This document shows positions 45,035 through 54,374 of a DNA stretch of 64,000 bases, piece by piece (position 1 is the stretch's first letter; every line of letters begins with the position of its first letter). This stretch comes from an uncultured Gemmatimonadales bacterium (GTDB lineage Bacteria; Gemmatimonadota; Gemmatimonadetes; Longimicrobiales; RSA9): positions 256,001 to 320,000 of the forward strand of contig CAWFKH010000005.1 in NCBI GenBank assembly GCA_963816355.1, read 5' to 3'. The notes below the pieces were generated by a model. It was given only the letters and a program-made list of their open reading frames with translations. It ran no database searches and was not told where the DNA came from. The translations under genes were made by a program, and so were the position numbers.

Positions 45035-47677
45035 ATGAAGGTCGTCAAGCCGCAGAAGCTCGCCATGGTGACGCGCTGCTTCGAGCAGGAGCGTCGCTTC
45101 TACATGGGTTTCGGCGTCCTCGCGATGCACCGCTTCGGCGGCGCGATCGTGAGCGAGATGGAGATGTGGACGTTTCTCGCCCGCGAGCTCGGCCAGGACG
45201 GCGCGCCGGACGCGGGGATGCCGAAGTCGCGCGGCGAGTTCCTGGCGACCGGCTACGCCTTCCCCCCCGGCGTAGCGCCCGCCGCCACGGCGGCCGTACG
45301 CGTGCAGGTGGGCACGCTGCAGAAGACGCTCAACGTGTACGGCGACCGCTACTGGCGAACCGACCGCGTGCTGGGGCGCGCACCGACGGAGCCCGCGCCG
45401 TTCACGCGCATGCCGATCGGTTGGGAGACGGCGTTCGGCGGGGAGGGCTTCGATCGCAATCCGCGCGGCAAAGGCTACGCGCCGATCGAGACGGAGGAGG
45501 GCGTCGTCTTCCCGCTGGCGAACGTCGAGCTGCCCGGACACTCGACCGCTTCGCCGGAGACGGCGGAGCCGGCGTGCTTCGGCCCGATCGACTTCACGTG
45601 GCCACAGCGCGCAGCGAAGGCGGGCACGTATGACGCCCGCTGGCTCGCCGAGCTCTTCCCGGGCTTCGCGCGGGACATGGACTGGTCGATCTTCAACATC
45701 GCCGCGGAGGACCAGCAGCAGGACGCGCCGTTCCGCGGGGACGAGGTCGTCGTCGTGGATGGCATGCACCCGCAGCGGCCGCGGCTGGAGGGCAGGCTTC
45801 CGGGCCTCGTCGCCCGGTGCTACGTCAACGCGGCGAGCGACGAGGGCGAGGTCTTCGAAGAGGTTCAGACGCGCCTCACGACGGTGTGGCTGTTCCCCCA
45901 CGCCGAGCGCTACCTGCTGGTCTACCATGGCTGGCGCGAGGTGCGCGACGAGGACGGCGCGGATGTGCTGCAGGCGGTGATTGCGGCCGAGCGTGCCGGC
46001 GAGCCGAAGGGCAGCGAACACTACCGGGCGGTCCTCGCGCAGCGGCTCGACCCGGACGAGGGCGCCGTCCACTCGCTGCGCGAATCGGACCTGTTGCCGC
46101 CGAACCTGCCGGAGGAGCCGGACGCCGCGCTGGAGGAGATGCGGGGCCTCGTCGAGACCGAGGGTCTTCTCCGCAAGCACCAGCGGCTGAGGCAGGAGCA
46201 GGAGGTCGAGCAGAGACGCGCGTTCATCGCCAGCCTCGGCCTCGACCCGGACCTGCATGGACCCTCGCTTCCGCCGGAGCCCGACCTTCCCGCGCCGGAG
46301 GAAGCCCCGGCCGTCGCGGCACGGCTGAAGGCGGAAGGTGAGAAGCGGATCGAGGAGGAGAAGGAGCGCCAGAAGGAGAGGAACGAGTGGCTGCGGCCGC
46401 TGCTCCTCGCGGACGGCCTGGACGCGGACGCGATCCTCGCGGAGGCGGAGCAGGCCGTGCGCGGCCCGCCGCTGTTCACCGCCGCGGAGGAGATCGCGAA
46501 GCTGCGGGCGCTCTCCGCCGAGATGAGGGCGATGGGCACGCCCGTCGACGAGCTGGACGAATACGCCGACTCGCCGGAGTACAACCGGATGTTCGCCGAG
46601 GCCGAGCAGAACATGCGCGAGGCCTACCGGCAGATGGCGCACGACCAGGACGCCGCGGAGCGCTTTTCGGGCGACGATGCCGCTCGGTCCCGCTCCGCCG
46701 CCCTCGCCACGCTGCAGAGCCAGGGCAACCTCGCGCGGGCGAACCTCACGGGATTCGACCTCTCCGGGCTCGACCTTCGCGGCGTCGACCTGAGCGGGGC
46801 GTGGCTCGAGAACGCGAATCTCGCGCGCGCGGACCTCGAAGGGGCGGACCTTTCCGAGGCCGTTCTCGCGCGCGCGGACCTCACCGACGCGAACCTCACC
46901 GGCGCGAAGCTGGGAAAGGCGAACCTGGGGCTGTCCCGGATGCTGCGCACGCGTGCGGATGGCGCGACGCTCTCGGAGGCGATCCTGAACAGGGCCCAGG
47001 TCGAAGAGGCGAGCCTGCGCGGAGCGCTGCTCGACGGTGCCGACTGGACGGAGGCGGAGGTGCGCGCGAGCGACCTCACGCAGGCGACGTTGACCGGCGC
47101 CATCTTCATGAAGAACGACCTGACGGGCTTCCGCCTGGTCGGTGCGGATCTCGGCCAGTGCACCTTCATCGAGGTGGACGTAAACGGCGTCGACTTCAGC
47201 GGCGCCAACTTGGAAGGAAGCACGTTCCTGAACTCGAACGGCGCGGGGGCGACCTTCGACGGGGCGCGGATGACCGAGTGCCGCTTCGTCGAGGGGTGCA
47301 GCTTCGAAGGCGCGAGCTTCCGCAAGGCGGTCCTCACGCGCGTCAACCTGCGGAGCACGAAGCTGTCCGGCGCCGACCTCTCCGAAGCGTCGCTCGACGG
47401 GGCGGACCTCAGCGAATGCGACCTGTCCGGCGCGTCGCTGTTGCGGGCTCGCGCGCGCGACGCGCTCCTGATCAAGGCGGACCTGTCCGGCGCGCGGCTC
47501 GCGTCCGCGGACCTGATGAACGCGCTCCTGCAGAACGCCGACCTCTCCGGCACGGACCTGCGCGGAGCCAACCTGTTCCAGGCGAACCTCTCGCGCGTCG
47601 TCACGGACGAGGGCACGAACGTCCAGGACGCGAACCGCAAGAAGGCGCGGCTGCTGCCGGAGCGACCCCGGCAATGA
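45035..47677 (+). CDS. DUF2169 T6SS adaptor fused to pentapeptide repeats (TagAB-like)
   Basis: D.GMPK..GEFL, VYGDRYW, W..AFGG, NP.GKG, FGPI...WPQR...GTYD..W; C-terminal A(D/N)Lxx repeats. Confidence 0.9.
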   Translation: MKVVKPQKLAMVTRCFEQERRFYMGFGVLAMHRFGGAIVSEMEMWTFLARELGQDGAPDAGMPKSRGEFLATGYAFPPGVAPAATAAVRVQVGTLQKTLNVYGDRYWRTDRVLGRAPTEPAPFTRMPIGWETAFGGEGFDRNPRGKGYAPIETEEGVVFPLANVELPGHSTASPETAEPACFGPIDFTWPQRAAKAGTYDARWLAELFPGFARDMDWSIFNIAAEDQQQDAPFRGDEVVVVDGMHPQRPRLEGRLPGLVARCYVNAASDEGEVFEEVQTRLTTVWLFPHAERYLLVYHGWREVRDEDGADVLQAVIAAERAGEPKGSEHYRAVLAQRLDPDEGAVHSLRESDLLPPNLPEEPDAALEEMRGLVETEGLLRKHQRLRQEQEVEQRRAFIASLGLDPDLHGPSLPPEPDLPAPEEAPAVAARLKAEGEKRIEEEKERQKERNEWLRPLLLADGLDADAILAEAEQAVRGPPLFTAAEEIAKLRALSAEMRAMGTPVDELDEYADSPEYNRMFAEAEQNMREAYRQMAHDQDAAERFSGDDAARSRSAALATLQSQGNLARANLTGFDLSGLDLRGVDLSGAWLENANLARADLEGADLSEAVLARADLTDANLTGAKLGKANLGLSRMLRTRADGATLSEAILNRAQVEEASLRGALLDGADWTEAEVRASDLTQATLTGAIFMKNDLTGFRLVGADLGQCTFIEVDVNGVDFSGANLEGSTFLNSNGAGATFDGARMTECRFVEGCSFEGASFRKAVLTRVNLRSTKLSGADLSEASLDGADLSECDLSGASLLRARARDALLIKADLSGARLASADLMNALLQNADLSGTDLRGANLFQANLSRVVTDEGTNVQDANRKKARLLPERPRQ

Positions 47678-48723
47678 CGTCGAGCGAGCTGCAGGCCGCG
47701 GTGTCGCGGGGCGATGTCCTGACGAAACTCGATCTCGCGGGGATCGATCTCTCGGGAGCGCAGCTCGCCGGCGGCTATTTCGAGGGCGTCGACTTCACCG
47801 GCTGCAGCTTGAGGGATGCGACGCTGCGGGAGAGCGTGCTGGTCGACTGCCGCTTCACGGACGCCGACGCGAGCGGCGCGGATCTCCGCCACGCCTCCAT
47901 CATGAAGACCGACTTCGCACGGGCGCGGCTCGCTGGCGCGACGCTGTCCGCCGCGCAGATCGCCCGGACGGACTTCTCCGACGGCGACCTCGGCGCCGCG
48001 GACCTGACGATCGCCGCCATTGCGGAGTGCAATCTCGAACGCGCGCGTCTTGCCGGCGCGAAGCTGGACCGCACGACCCTCGTCGAGTCGCGCACCCAGG
48101 GCATGGACCTGTCCGGCACGCGCCTCGACGGCACTACCCTCCTGAAGGCGGACCTGACGAGCTCGAATCTGAGCGGCGTGAGCGCCGACAAGGCGATCTT
48201 CATCGAGGCGAAGCTCGCCGGGCAGGACCTGAGCGGGCGCGTCTTCTCAATGTGCCAGTTCGTGGGAGCCGACCTGTCCGGCGCGTTGCTCGGCGGTGCG
48301 ACCCTGTCGCAGTGCAACTTCAAGGACTCCGACCTGAGCGGCGCGCGGCTGGATAACGCGAACGTCGAGCGCGCGCTGTTCATCGGCGCCACCCTCTCCG
48401 ACGCCAGCCTGCGCGGCGCCCTGCTGACGCAGTCGCTGTTCGTGGAGGCGGAGCTGGCGCGCGCCGACTTCTCCAGCGCGACCATGGTGCAGTGCAACCT
48501 CTCACGCGCCCGCTGCGACCACGCCGTCTTCGCCGGCGCCGACCTCACCTACGCGGACTTCACCCACGCGGACCTGAGCGCCGCCGACCTCTCGGGTGCG
48601 AAGCTGTTCCGCGCGGTCCTGCACCGCGTGACGGACGCCGGCACCCTCTTCACCGATCGGAGCGAGGCGCTCGGAGACGATCCGGACCTGGCGGAGGCCG
48701 AAGAGTGGCCGACGCTCTACTGA
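47674..48723 (+). CDS. Pentapeptide-repeat protein
   Basis: Continuous ADLSG-type repeats; ATGA-coupled to the previous gene. Confidence 0.9.
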   Translation: MTSSELQAAVSRGDVLTKLDLAGIDLSGAQLAGGYFEGVDFTGCSLRDATLRESVLVDCRFTDADASGADLRHASIMKTDFARARLAGATLSAAQIARTDFSDGDLGAADLTIAAIAECNLERARLAGAKLDRTTLVESRTQGMDLSGTRLDGTTLLKADLTSSNLSGVSADKAIFIEAKLAGQDLSGRVFSMCQFVGADLSGALLGGATLSQCNFKDSDLSGARLDNANVERALFIGATLSDASLRGALLTQSLFVEAELARADFSSATMVQCNLSRARCDHAVFAGADLTYADFTHADLSAADLSGAKLFRAVLHRVTDAGTLFTDRSEALGDDPDLAEAEEWPTLY

Positions 48724-48737
48724 AGCGAGGACAGACG

Positions 48738-49343
48738 ATGGACGCGATGCAGACGATGGAGACGGCGGATGCCGCCCAGACGACCGGCACCGTAATCGAG
48801 ACGGCGGCCACGGGGGTCCGCGTGTGGACGCCGGAAGGCGTCGTGGATGCGCGGCGGGCGGTGAGCTGCCTCGTCGCGCCGGAGGAGGGTGACCTGGTGC
48901 TCCTCGCCGGCCCGTGCGCCGGCACGTCCTACATACTCGCCGTGCTCGCCCGGCCGGACGGCCGCGCCAGGCGGATCGCGGTCGAAGGCGACGTCGTCTT
49001 CGAGATGCCCTCGGGGCGCTTCACGATCGCCGCGGCCCGAGGCGTCGACATCGTGGCGAAGGAAACGGTGTCGCTCACCGCGGACCGGCTCGAGGCGCGC
49101 GCGAGGGAGAGCCGCCTCCTCGTGGGCAGCATCAGCGTCGTGGCCCGCGTGGTCGACGCGACGTTCGAGCGTCTTTCGCAGTCGGTGAAGCGGGTCTTCC
49201 GGCGCGTCGAGGAGATCGATCACCTGCGTGCGGGCCAGATCGACCACGCCGCGGCGGGCAACGCGAGGCTGCACGCGCAGAACACGCTGATCACCGCCCG
49301 GGAGCTGGTGAAAGCGGACGGCAAGCAGATCCACATCGGCTGA
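48738..49343 (+). CDS. DUF3540 family protein
   Basis: ARRAVSCLVAPEEGDLVL...YILAVL; ends DGKQIHIG. Confidence 0.85.
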   Translation: MDAMQTMETADAAQTTGTVIETAATGVRVWTPEGVVDARRAVSCLVAPEEGDLVLLAGPCAGTSYILAVLARPDGRARRIAVEGDVVFEMPSGRFTIAAARGVDIVAKETVSLTADRLEARARESRLLVGSISVVARVVDATFERLSQSVKRVFRRVEEIDHLRAGQIDHAAAGNARLHAQNTLITARELVKADGKQIHIG

Positions 49344-49357
49344 GAAGGGGGGAGCGA

Positions 49358-49756
49358 ATGTTCGCCAATACGCAGCTGTCGGGCGTGGACACGGGTTTCC
49401 CGGACGTGTGCCTGACGCCCGCGCCGCCCGCGCCGCCGATCCCGGTGCCGTACCCGAACATCGCGGCGGGCCCGATGGCGCTCAACGCGGTCTACAAGGT
49501 GCTCTTCATGTGCGCGCCCGCACACAACATGGGGACGTCGATCCCCATGACGAACGGCGACAACGCCGGGCTGGCGACCGGCGTCGCATCGGCGACGGTG
49601 ATGGGCCCCGCGCGGCACCTGACGGCCGCGTTCACGGTCCTGATCGGTGGCATGCCGCTGACGCGTCTGACCAGCGTCGCGTTGCAGAACTCGACCAACT
49701 GCCCGGGCGCTCGCCTCGTTCCGAGCCAGGTGAAGGTCCTCGTCCTTTCGCCCTGA
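49358..49756 (+). CDS. DUF4150 PAAR-like spike-tip protein
   Basis: GFPDVCLTP...PVPYPNIA...GDNAG...PSQVKVL. Confidence 0.9.
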   Translation: MFANTQLSGVDTGFPDVCLTPAPPAPPIPVPYPNIAAGPMALNAVYKVLFMCAPAHNMGTSIPMTNGDNAGLATGVASATVMGPARHLTAAFTVLIGGMPLTRLTSVALQNSTNCPGARLVPSQVKVLVLSP

Positions 49757-49831
49757 CCCGTGGCCGGTGCCGCGCACACTCTTCCGGCGCGCGGCGGCGG
49801 CGAAGTCCCAAGCCACCCCGGAGGAACCGCG

Positions 49832-50758
49832 ATGGCGATCGAACACGCGCCCGATCCGGACGTCGGGAGTCAGGCCGACCTCATCCGCTATCGGCCGCCG
49901 CCCGGCGAGGTCGCGCGCTACTACACTACGAAGCAGGGCCGGAGGGAGACGCTCGACACCGTCGCGAGCGCCAGCGGCGTGACGGTGAAGCAACTGCTCG
50001 CGTTCAACTTCCCGGGCACGGTGGTGCGGGACCGGATCGTGCCGCCGGTGGTGAACTGGTATCTGCACCACCACGTCGAGTTCAACTGCCCGGAGACGCA
50101 CGACCGGCTGAACCGCGTGTTCCAGGGGAACGAGAAGCTCGCCATCCCCCATCGCACCACGCACATCGAATTCGACGATCCGTTCGTGATCACCGCCAAC
50201 GCTCCCACACCCACCGGCGTCTGGTTCGGCGGCGGATTCAAGGGTGGAACGACGTTCGGCGTCGTGGGGATCGAGACCACGCAGATCGTCTGTGTCGCGG
50301 CCGACGGCAGGAGCGGCTTCACGGCGACCGTGTCCGGAACGCGCTTCCCCGCCCTGGGGATCGGAGCCAGCGGCGGTCCGATCGTCGTCCTCATCACGTC
50401 GATGCGCTCGCCGGGCCAGCTCTCGAACATGATGACGGGCGGCGGCGATTTCTCGCTGTCGATCGGACCGAAGGTGGACTCCGTGATCCGAGGAGCACGC
50501 TACGCCAAGGCCGCGGACGCGCTCGCCAGGTTCGCGGCCAAGTACGGCCGGAGCGGGGTTCGCGGCATCAAGGCGGGCAAGGCCCTTCTGAAGTACAACG
50601 GCCAGATCGCCGACATCGTCAAGACGCTCGGCATGGACATGCACGCCGCCGAGCCTCAGATCTTCTCGCTCGGCAGCCCATGGGGAGGGTTCGGCCTCGA
50701 GGCGGGCGTGCAGTTCACCGTGTCGACCTTCCAGGTCGAATCGATCGTGAACCTGTAG
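49832..50758 (+). CDS. Hypothetical protein, candidate T6SS effector (LysM-like N-terminus, Gly-rich C-terminus)
   Basis: Last gene of the vgrG arm; no signal peptide; ETLDTVASASGVTVKQLLAFN...KLAIP. Confidence 0.6.
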   Translation: MAIEHAPDPDVGSQADLIRYRPPPGEVARYYTTKQGRRETLDTVASASGVTVKQLLAFNFPGTVVRDRIVPPVVNWYLHHHVEFNCPETHDRLNRVFQGNEKLAIPHRTTHIEFDDPFVITANAPTPTGVWFGGGFKGGTTFGVVGIETTQIVCVAADGRSGFTATVSGTRFPALGIGASGGPIVVLITSMRSPGQLSNMMTGGGDFSLSIGPKVDSVIRGARYAKAADALARFAAKYGRSGVRGIKAGKALLKYNGQIADIVKTLGMDMHAAEPQIFSLGSPWGGFGLEAGVQFTVSTFQVESIVNL

Positions 50759-50790
50759 CGGGCGGCCCGCCCGCAGGGCGCGACGGACGG

Positions 50791-52653
50791 CTAGAACCCG
50801 CCGCCGCCGCCGCCGCCGCTCCCGCCCCCGCTGCTGCCGCCGCCGCCGGAGCCGGAGGGGCTCGAGGACATCGTGCTGGACGCCGCGCTGGACATCGCGT
50901 GCATGTCGTGTGAGAAGGCCGCCGCGTTGAAGCCGGCGCCGCCGTAGCCGCTGTACCACTGCGGCGGCTCGGTGAACATCTCACGGAACGCCTTCGCCCA
51001 CTTCTCCTCGACCTTGAACGCCATGGCGAAGGGCAGGAAGCGCTCGAACATCTCGGGCGAAGTGATCATGCGCTTGTAGCGGTCCTCCTCGACGCGGTCG
51101 AGGAACTCGCGGAAGCCGAGGGCTTTCTCGCGCGTGCGGGCGCCGGACACCGTTCGCGCCGGCATGATCAGCGCGAAGAAGAAGAGGATGATGCCGGAAA
51201 CGACGGCGGCGGCACCCAGCGTCACCGGCTCGACCGGCACGATCGCATGGTCGGAGAGCCACCCGGCGGCGAGGATGCCGACCACGAGGGTGGCGACGGC
51301 GCCCGCGATCCAAGAGTTCTGCACCTTCTGCGGATCGCGCCGGTAATAGTCGTTCTGCACCAGCTCCGCATAGATCGCCTGCCGGATCCCCTTCAGATCC
51401 TTGTAAAACCGGTTCTTGAGAGAAGACAGCTCGACGCTGCCGTAGGTGGGGCCGGGCCCGGCGCCATCCACCGCTGCGACACCGCCGTCGCGGGCGGTGC
51501 CGTCGTCGCCGCCGATTCCGACGCCGCCGCCATGGCCGCCCGCGGAGAGGAGCGAGGCGGCGCCGCTCAGCGAAGGCTCGGCGTACTTGAAGAGGGCGCT
51601 CAGGTAGAGCACCTCGTGCGAGCGCAGGCCGTCCCACGCCTCGCGCGGCTTCTTCAGGTGGAAGACGTACTCCGTGGTGGAGAAGAGGCCGAGGACGTGC
51701 TCGTCGCTCCGCTTCTGGATGTGGACGTAGCCGCGCACGGCGAGGTCGACGAGCGTGGCGGTGATGTCGTGCATCTGGGCCTTGTTGTCTACCAGCGTGC
51801 CGACCTCGGCCGGGCTGAGCGAGTCCGGCGGCTCGTACTGAACGACGACCGGGCGTGCCACCGGATCGCGGCCGTTCCGCATCCACGCACGCAGCGCGAG
51901 GGCGAAGACGAGGAACGGCAGGAGGACGGGCCAGCCGTTGGCGATGGCGCGGGAGAGGCGGCTCGCGGGCGTCGGCCGCGCGACCACGCCGGGCGGCCAA
52001 CCGACCGCGACCGTCAGGCCTTCGCCGGGCGCGAAGGCGCGCGTAGCCGCGAAATCCACCACGCTGCCGTTGGCGCGCGTGCGCACCGCCCGCTCCGTCG
52101 AGCCGGCGGCCCCGGTGTAGGCGGCGTACTGTTTCGGCTCGACGCCGGGCAGGACGACGCGCGCCGTCGCGTGCTCGATGGGCACCTCCCACGCGTTCCC
52201 GGTCGCGTTCCAGTACAGCTCGTCGAGCGGGCCGACGTTGCTGTCCTGGTCGAAGAAGCGGATCGCGTTGTGGGCGACGTAGTGGAGGACGACGGTGCGC
52301 GTCGCATCGTGCGCGTCCGGGACCCAGATCTTGAGGCGACGCGTCCAGCGGCCTCGCGAGCTCGCCTCCACCTTCAGCGGCGAGCCCGCGCCGTCGGTGA
52401 CGCGGGTGACGTCGACGTCGAGGCGACGGCGCTCGTTCTGGGCGGTGCGGTGCTCGAGTGAGAGATCGCGGAAGAGGCCGTTCCACGACCCGTTGAAATG
52501 GGGCCGGATCGTCTCGGTGACCTGCACGTCCCCGTTCGGCTGGACGCGCAGGAGGACGTCGAAGCTCTGGATCACGATGCTGCGCTGCGCCGCGCCGGCG
52601 GCAGGCGAAAGGGCGAGCAGGGCGGCGACGGTGGCCAGGCGGAGTCGCGTCAT
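50791..52653 (-). CDS. DUF2207 (YciQ-like) membrane protein
   Basis: Signal peptide, VTETI...F.G...G.FR, ELYWNATG..W, ATLVDLAVRG, FLPFAMAF and a Gly/Ser tail GGGGGGGF. Confidence 0.9.
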   Translation of the reverse strand: MTRLRLATVAALLALSPAAGAAQRSIVIQSFDVLLRVQPNGDVQVTETIRPHFNGSWNGLFRDLSLEHRTAQNERRRLDVDVTRVTDGAGSPLKVEASSRGRWTRRLKIWVPDAHDATRTVVLHYVAHNAIRFFDQDSNVGPLDELYWNATGNAWEVPIEHATARVVLPGVEPKQYAAYTGAAGSTERAVRTRANGSVVDFAATRAFAPGEGLTVAVGWPPGVVARPTPASRLSRAIANGWPVLLPFLVFALALRAWMRNGRDPVARPVVVQYEPPDSLSPAEVGTLVDNKAQMHDITATLVDLAVRGYVHIQKRSDEHVLGLFSTTEYVFHLKKPREAWDGLRSHEVLYLSALFKYAEPSLSGAASLLSAGGHGGGVGIGGDDGTARDGGVAAVDGAGPGPTYGSVELSSLKNRFYKDLKGIRQAIYAELVQNDYYRRDPQKVQNSWIAGAVATLVVGILAAGWLSDHAIVPVEPVTLGAAAVVSGIILFFFALIMPARTVSGARTREKALGFREFLDRVEEDRYKRMITSPEMFERFLPFAMAFKVEEKWAKAFREMFTEPPQWYSGYGGAGFNAAAFSHDMHAMSSAASSTMSSSPSGSGGGGSSGGGSGGGGGGGF

Positions 52654-52723
52654 CGGCGATCGCTCTTGAAGGAGTCGAGATGCGTCTGGCGGCGGCGGGG
52701 CGTTCCACGCTAGTCTGTGCATC

Positions 52724-54307
52724 ATGGCCGCCTTCGGCAAGTATCAGGTCCTGGAGCAGATCGGGCAGGGCGGCTTCGGCCGCGTCTACAGGGGCTACGA
52801 CCCGGTCCTGAAGCGCACCGTCGCCATCAAGACGTGCACGCTCGAGACGCCCGAACTGCGCGACCGCTTCATCCGCGAGGCGGAGATCGTCGCCGGCCTC
52901 AGCCATCCCAACATCGTCACCATCTACGACTTCGGCGAGGGCGACGGCGAACCGTACCTCGTCCAGGAGTACCTCGAGGGGGAGGACCTCGACGCCAAGA
53001 TCGAGCGCGGCGACGCGATCCCGCTTGCGACGAAGGTGGACTGGCTGGTCCAGGTGGCCGAAGGACTGCGCCACGCGCATGCGCACGGCGTCGTCCACCG
53101 GGACGTGAAGCCGGCCAACGTCCGCATCACACCGGACGGTCGCGTGCGCATCATGGACTTCGGCATCGCCAAGCTGATCGAAGCGGAGCGGCAGCTCACG
53201 CAGGTCGGCATGAGCGTCGGCACCGCCGGCTACCTCTCCCCCGAGCAGCTCATGGCGCAGGAGGTCGACCAACGCGCCGACATCTTCTCCTTCGGCGTCC
53301 TCGCCTACGAGCTGGTCAGCTATCGGCGGCCGTTCCAGGCCGACAGCATCAGCGCCATCTTCTACCGCATCGCGCACGAGCAGCCGACGCCGGTCCGCGA
53401 GATCTCGCCCGAGTGCCCGCCCCAACTCGCCGCGTGCATCGGCCGCTGCCTCGAGAAGGACCGCGACGACCGCTTCGCCGACCTCGGCGACGCGATCGCC
53501 GAGTTGAAGGGGGTCGCCGCGGCGCTGCAGAGCACAGACAAGGCACCGCCCCCGGCAGCGCCAAACCCGCCGGCGCCCGTCGAGGCGAGACGCCGCCGCT
53601 GGCGTGCGCTCCGATCGCCCGCGGCGTGGGGGCTCGCGACGGCGGCGGTCGCCGTGGGCGTGTGGGGCGTTCTCGCCGTCTCGCGCAGCGCCGAGTCGCT
53701 GCCGTCCGAAGCCAGCGGCGCCGCGCCGGACGCCGCGGCCGGCGCCCCGAGCACCACGGCGGCCGAGCAGACGCCGACGGCCGCCGCGTCGGCGCGGCCG
53801 GACGCGCGCCTCGCCGCCGCCCCGACCGCTTCCGTGCCGACCGCCGCTGCCGCCCCGGCGGCCTTCGCGAAGCCGCTGAACGAGGCGACGATCCTGGTGC
53901 TCGTCCGCGGCGAGGGGGACGCGCCGGCGGACGCCGCGGAAGCGGCGCTGATGGGGCGGCTCGGCGACTCGGGACGCGACGTCGTCGACGCGAACGCGCC
54001 GGGCGCGGGCGGGGCGGATGTCGCGTCGCTCGGCCGCCGCGGCGGCGCGCGCGTCGTCGTCCTGGCGGATCTGCAGACGCAGGCGGTCGCGTCGGTAGGC
54101 GGCTTCTACAGCGGCTCTGCGACGATGGTGGTGCGCGTGTACGACGCCGCCTCCAGCCGCCTGCTCGGCACCGCCACGCAGCGCGTCGGTGGCGGCGGCG
54201 TCCCGGCGAAGCTGGCCGCCGACCCGCTGCAGGCGCGTACGGCCGCCGCGACGCAGGCGGCCAACCGGGCGGCGCTGGAGGTGCTGCGGCTGACGCGCGG
54301 GCCGTAG
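52724..54307 (+). CDS. Membrane Ser/Thr kinase with C-terminal CsgG/FlgT-middle-like domain
   Basis: GQGGFG, VAIK, HRDVKPAN, DFG, SPEQ; TM; C-terminal alpha/beta domain. Confidence 0.9.
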   Translation: MAAFGKYQVLEQIGQGGFGRVYRGYDPVLKRTVAIKTCTLETPELRDRFIREAEIVAGLSHPNIVTIYDFGEGDGEPYLVQEYLEGEDLDAKIERGDAIPLATKVDWLVQVAEGLRHAHAHGVVHRDVKPANVRITPDGRVRIMDFGIAKLIEAERQLTQVGMSVGTAGYLSPEQLMAQEVDQRADIFSFGVLAYELVSYRRPFQADSISAIFYRIAHEQPTPVREISPECPPQLAACIGRCLEKDRDDRFADLGDAIAELKGVAAALQSTDKAPPPAAPNPPAPVEARRRRWRALRSPAAWGLATAAVAVGVWGVLAVSRSAESLPSEASGAAPDAAAGAPSTTAAEQTPTAAASARPDARLAAAPTASVPTAAAAPAAFAKPLNEATILVLVRGEGDAPADAAEAALMGRLGDSGRDVVDANAPGAGGADVASLGRRGGARVVVLADLQTQAVASVGGFYSGSATMVVRVYDAASSRLLGTATQRVGGGGVPAKLAADPLQARTAAATQAANRAALEVLRLTRGP

Positions 54308-54374
54308 CGGGAGGCGCGGCCGGTCGGGCGCCAGCGGGCGGCGGTGCGCCGGCGCGCGCGAGCGGACGGCGGGC

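Noticed and set aside
31029..49756. Prophage tail or extracellular contractile injection system
   Set aside because: tssK/L/M, ClpV and split TssB/TssC identify a membrane-anchored T6SS; no capsid, integrase or lysis genes.
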